This document shows positions 58,655 to 64,000 of a stretch of DNA of 64,000 nucleotides, in pieces (within the stretch, counting starts at the first letter, position 1; every line of letters starts with the position of its first letter). The translations under genes were made by a program, and so were the position numbers. The stretch is from assembly GCA_010093815.1 (NCBI GenBank), contig ML996566.1; one strand, written 5' to 3'. The DNA comes from Pseudovirgaria hyperparasitica. Its lineage: Eukaryota. Below the pieces are notes generated by a model. It saw only the letters and a program-made list of their open reading frames with translations. It searched no databases and was not told the origin of the DNA.

Positions 58655-61092
58655 TTATGCCAGATATCCTAGCTCGTCCCCTTCTAATCTCTCCAGGTAT
58701 TCCTTTTCTAGCAAGATATCTATACATTTCTTGATATCTTGGACCTTGGGCGAGAATCGAGACTTGATCTGCTGGATAGTCTCTGACACAAGCATCTGAT
58801 GCTTCATCTTCTTCCTCGATTTCATGATCCGGACTATCGCAGACTGCATGAGAAGTTTACGGTCTTCCTCAATCGTCTTGTGTGTGTCTTCAGATTCTTG
58901 TTTCTGTTCAGCCTTGATCGCAAGATTGAGGTTGATCTTTAGCTTCTTGTTCTTGAAACCTGGATTAAATGTGTATGTAGTCCCTGGCTCAGCTTTCGCA
59001 TTATCCTGCGACGGAAGAATAACCTTAGCCTTTACCATGATATCGATACTTGGTTTCAGAGTCTCTTTCTGTAGCTTCGTAGCTTGTTCCATTTCCTCGT
59101 ATGTAACTGTATCAGAGTCGTTGAACAAGAGGAGGATAGCCATCTGGTAAGTCGAGACCTGGAACATATACGTAGCTTTCTTGCCGCCAGTATTATAGGT
59201 GGCTCGTACGTCACCTTTGCATAATTGCCATAGCCATGTGAGTTTGCGGCCCGAATGCTTATTACTGTAGAATTTGGCAAATCGCTCGTAGGTCTTCACA
59301 ATCGTCTGCGGAGGGGCGAACGGTGTCGTCGGAGCCGTCAGAGGCCAGAACCCGGTACCCAGGATCGAGTAGGTCGCATCAACAGCTAGCTTTCTATCCT
59401 CCTCTCCAAGTAGCTTCATTTGCCAGTCTTTGTATGACGAGTTTAGATCTTTCGAGATCTGCATATCCTGAAACATGCGCTGAAGTTTGTTGGTGTACTC
59501 AAACCCGCATGCTTCCTTTAGCTTACTGATCATGCTAGTTTCGGCATCATCAGAAGCCGATGAAGTCTGAACAAGACGTTTCGCAAGCATACGCGAGTAG
59601 AATTTCTGGAACACATCTTTGTCCTCAATATACTTGAAGACAGTCATAATCTGCGTGAGCAGATTCTCCATGTCATCCTCTTCTGTCATCTTGGCATTTG
59701 ACCGCTTCAGCAAGCCATCGGTGTACTTGGCGAGTAGCTCGGGTGATTTCGTAGACCCGGTTTTGCAAACCCGGTTGCGGTTCACGAACTCGCGGCAGGC
59801 GTTGTCGAGGGATCTGACAAACTCGGATTCGCCATTAAACGCCTTATTAACCAAGTCCTGGTATTGAGTGTGTACCTCCAATAGAGCGGCGACGTAGACG
59901 GCTGGCTCTAAGTTTTCTCCATCCTGTGAAACTCTATCGACAGCAGCAAGACCCTTTTTGCGAACGTGGTTCTCAAATCTACCTCGTAATGGATCCAGTC
60001 CTTCGGGGATCCTGGCGAGAAGCTTGTACATTCTTGCAAGATCGTCCTGTCTGTCGTTGTCAAGCAAGATTTGAAATTCCTCGCGTAGAGCCAGCGAATG
60101 ATCAGCGATGAGGACCTTCTCTGAAGTACGCATCAAAGGTGTCATGATTTCGTTCAGAAGATAGAGACCCACCCGCTCCTTCTCTTCATCTAGACGAATC
60201 TCAGCTTTCTTCATGTATTCCACGACAGAATTCTCGGCAAGAAACTCTTTGGATTCTTTCTGGTAATACGCCGCTGTGGCTTCCAAGAATGGCTTCTCGA
60301 AATACTCCTTGTACACATCAAGAGTTGATTTATTGCTGTCAGACTCATCCAAACCGAGAGATACGAAGGAGTCTACGACAGACTTGATTTGCGAGCGCTC
60401 GATAGTCTCACCATTGCGTTCTTTCTCCACCAACTTCAAGACTGAAGCCATCACCGACTTTTGCGTGCCCAGAAACATATCCTCTTTCCATCTCACCAGG
60501 TGCAAGGTGTAGATATCATAGATGTTCTTCTTGCCCTCGTCCATCTCCCGCTTGACCCAGTGACGATTAAGGTATCGGAAAAGATGGTTGTTATATGTGC
60601 CTGCTGTCGTGTATCGATTCCATTCTTTGATATAGAAGGCGAGTAATGCTTCGTCTACGTGAGCTTTCGAGGCCTGTTGCACGCCCCCAAGGTGGGCCTT
60701 GAGATATTCGATGAGATGGTTGTAGAGATCTTCACCGAGGAGGTGCGCTACCAACTCAAAAAGTTAACTTGGCTAGTCTCATGGTCAGTAGTAGGAATGT
60801 CAAGATAACATACCTCCTCCTCTAGTGTTGTTATTGAATCCACCTGTACCAACGGCTTTCTGGGCAGTACAGAAGTTATGAATAGCTGTGTATAAGCCCA
60901 TATAAGTCTTCATTTCCATTCCTTCCCGCAGGTTTTCCATGATTCTCGAGACTCCGGTCTCAAGGAAGTTCCAGCTACAGCGAGTCAGCACTTGGCTCTT
61001 AGCTTTCGGTATGTGAGTTACACGTACGTCCCATCAACATCATCTTTGTTGGGCATAGGCGGCATCGTGCCTTGATGGCGTGAGGTAGTCAT
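58655..61092 (-). CDS. CUL1: Cullin-1 (SCF scaffold; Cdc53/CulA), 3 exons
   Basis: YMGLYTAIHNFCT, YLNRHWVKREMDEG, KSPELLAKYTD, FKYIEDKDVFQKFY, neddylation motif IVRIMKSRK. Confidence 0.97.
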
Positions 61093-61876
61093 GATGTCGT
61101 CGCTCGTGTGCGCGACTGTGCGCGAATGTCCTAGTGGGGGAGAATAAAAGAGTCTGTAGTTTATGGCTTAGCCGGCGAGGATCTGCGCTTTTACCCAGGC
61201 TTAGTCGGTGATCTTGAGCTTCTCTGTAGGTTTCGTCGAAGGCTGTTTGTATACTTGGTGCGCGGAATGGAAAGGAAGGTGAGTGTGGCGGCGGGGAATC
61301 CGTTATGCGGAGGGAACGAAAGCGCTGGCTGTGAAAGAGAGCGCTGCGTGGTCGTGGTTGAGGAACCGAACCACGGAAGAGTTAGAAGATAGGTGACCAC
61401 CGCCGAAGATTTTGTTCAGGCACCAGGAAGGATGATGGGCCAGTTGTGAGAAAGGTTGCAATGATGTAGAGCTTACCTTGACTAACATCATCTGTGCTTT
61501 CCCGCCTTGCCCGCGATCTGACGCGCGCATCAGGCAGCAAGAGCGCCACTTTGAGGGTGGTCAGCCACTTGACCGTTGTGCAGCGTCACGTGCGAAGCAC
61601 GAATGTACTCACAAGATGTTTTTGGTTTGTTTCGTCTGTCCACCTTCTGATCAGTTTTTATGAATCTGCATCCACGATAGCGGCTCCATCAATCCGGAAG
61701 AAAGAAATATAGCAACAACCCAACATAACCACTGAATATACCATGAAATTTCGTTTCTCCCAGACGAGTTTTAAAACGACTTCTTCATTCGACCTTTGCC
61801 CTGAAGTCATCCTGTTCCACGCGCCTCCATCTTTCGTATGATCGATTTCATCTTAGGCATCAATAGCTAGAGTCCA

Positions 61877-62425
61877 TCAAACCCGCAAGACCGGCCCCTC
61901 ATCCCCAAAGACCGGGTCCCTCTCGAACCACCCCAGCCCCCTGATCCCATCCACCTTCTCCTCCTCACCCTCTTTCCCATAACACATATCCCATACTTTT
62001 GCATCGCTGGGGTAACTCCCAACCATCTGAAACCCGCCATCCAAATCCTTCATTAACCGATGACCCACACCCGCCGGCACGACAACTACATCGCCCTTCT
62101 GAACGACCGGCTCCACGCGTCCGGGATTGTCCTCGCCACCGAAACACAGCTTCGCTTTGCCATGTACTATGCACAGTACTTCGTGGGTTGTGCTGTGGTA
62201 GTGTGTTTGTGAGTACATTGTGTAGCGCCATTGTGGTGCTACAACGGTGATGCGGGTGAGGTGTGCTTCGATGGCGGAGGCGGATGCATTTTGGAAGCAG
62301 GAATGGTAAATCAAAACTGGTTTGTGTTGGATGGATGTGTTTGGAATGAGGTTGTGTGCGGGAATCTGGTGGGTTGAGACACGTAGGGAGGTGAGCGGTG
62401 TGACGGCGGCTTTGGTGGTGGCCAT
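61877..62425 (-). CDS. Cupin-domain protein (YjlB-like)
   Basis: HYHSTTHEVL and GDVVVVPAGVGH cupin motifs; DPVFG..GP C-terminus. Confidence 0.88.
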   Translation of the reverse strand: MATTKAAVTPLTSLRVSTHQIPAHNLIPNTSIQHKPVLIYHSCFQNASASAIEAHLTRITVVAPQWRYTMYSQTHYHSTTHEVLCIVHGKAKLCFGGEDNPGRVEPVVQKGDVVVVPAGVGHRLMKDLDGGFQMVGSYPSDAKVWDMCYGKEGEEEKVDGIRGLGWFERDPVFGDEGPVLRV

Positions 62426-62931
62426 GCTGGCGTTCTGCTATAGCCAACGTCCGTAGAGAGGGATTACTGCCGTTGAAAAGATATTTCGCGTTAAGCACTA
62501 CACAGACTTATTGTTTTTCACTTTTCGTGCTGTAGAGGTGCTTCCATGAGATCATCTTGTCGATGAACAAGGGTCTCGTGCTCAGATCTTCGTAGATCCG
62601 TTGGCATCTCGTTACAACTTCGCCAGCACTTCAAATCGCTCGTACGAATCTTTCAGAACGAATCAAATGAGTGGATAAAGCATGTTGAATATGGGTCATG
62701 TGTTAGCTATCGATGAGTTCACTTCATCTCCGGTAAGAAGATTTCTAGCGGAACATATACTCGCCATGAACATGGCGAATATTTCCGCTCGGTATATTTT
62801 TTCAGTTTCACTTCCTGCTGATACTCCAATAACTAGTCTGAATGCGCTTTCGACCAAATAGTTCAAATCGACAAGGTCGGACTAAAAACATCACCCACTG
62901 AAGCCTCTTGACCATTCATGTCTTAGAGCCG

Positions 62932-64000
62932 TCAGTCCAAATAACATCCATACTTTACACCAAATGCATACGCCAAAAAAGAATCCGCATTCAACAGCGC
63001 CTGATCACTTGGCAATGCCAGCGAACCGTTCGGTCCGTATGCATAATCACCCGTCGCCGGCTTATATATTTCCTCATTATGGCTCATTTCATGTAGCAAA
63101 ATCCCTGCACGTGAATCATAACCCCGACAAGTATCTGGCATCACAGGATAGTCGTAAAACACGGGACAGAAGAACAAGTTGCCGCCAGGATTTGTTGCAT
63201 ACGCTGCGATGGACGACCTGTTGGTGCAGTAGTTCATACCATAGGGCTCAACGCAGTGCAGATAGGGTGTGGTGCCGATGGTCAAAACGGCTGAGGCCAT
63301 GGCGTCGAAACGTGCGGCTACATGTTCACGGGCGGTTGTGTTGGTCGTTTTGAAGAAGAATTCGAATTGATCGGCTGGGCCTGAGCGTGCTGCGCTCGCA
63401 GCATGACTGGCTAACAGCGATGCTTCTTTTATGGTTATGTTGGTGAATTTGGCGGATTGTTCGGGATCAGAGCAGTCGATCATTGATGCTCTTTCTGACG
63501 ATTGACTTGCGAAGTCGCGAAAACTTTGAGCCGCTCGAGTACCGTTGATTTCGATTGCAAGCTTGTTGCTGCTATACGGAACACTTGCGCCGCTGAGCGA
63601 AGTTGAGTCTGGGGTGCCGAGAAGGAAAAGGCCTTTGGTGAAGACGGTGTAATTGCCTCCAATGCTCAAGTCATGCACTTCTGCTGGATCAATGGTAATC
63701 TCTATAGTCTCCCCGGGATACAGAGAAGTGAAATCGCTCATTCTCAATCTGTCTATCGCTGGATAGAGATGGTAACCGTTGAAGTCGACTTTGACATCTA
63801 GCAATAGTCAGAACTTATATTCGAGACTATCATCGATCGAAACTTTACCACCAGAGAATACCATCAGCTTTTCGACATATCCATCGTCATCGAGAAGATT
63901 ATCAAAACCTAGAAGGCTTAGAGTTTCCGCGCCGTTATTGGCGATAGTCGCCTTAATTCCTGACGCTGCATCTTGACTCAATGAGACATCCACCGGCTGG
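62932..64000 (-). CDS. Deuterolysin / neutral protease 2 (peptidase M35), 5' end outside the window
   Basis: LLHEMSH zinc motif, DYAYG and NADS motifs, pro-domain; intron 63798-63848. Confidence 0.9.

Overview
Eukaryotic DNA from a filamentous ascomycete: gene-dense, with ~50-nt GT-AG introns carrying CTRAC/CTAAT branch sites and a RIP-like signature. A Dothideomycete origin is my inference. The window holds about 27 protein-coding genes. Conserved housekeeping genes: FBP26 (3' end), an SPX phosphate transporter of the PHO87/90/91 type, an ADAM protease, acetyl-CoA synthetase, a WDR62/MAPKBP1-like WD40 protein, ARMH3/DUF1741, a DOCK GEF, an old yellow enzyme, a mitochondrial KHE-like protein, SRF1, a GH20 hexosaminidase, cullin-1, a cupin and a deuterolysin. 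These are interleaved with accessory patches at about 5-8.5 kb, 21 kb, 25-33 kb and 42-52 kb. Most notable: (1) a head-to-head pair of distant zincin-like paralogs with shared intron positions, one keeping HExxxH and one degenerate, separated by a RIP-mutated 525-bp MITE; (2) a tail-to-tail pair of small proline-rich ORFs that both end in CaaX boxes; (3) a 3-exon, 6-Cys secreted beta/gamma-crystallin-like gene that the ORF track largely misses; (4) an in-frame non-AUG N-terminal extension plus an overlapping uORF on the phosphate transporter; (5) a probable decayed P450 next to a Zn2Cys6 factor. I recognised no rRNA, tRNA or CRISPR array. All family calls come from motif recognition by eye; no database was searched.
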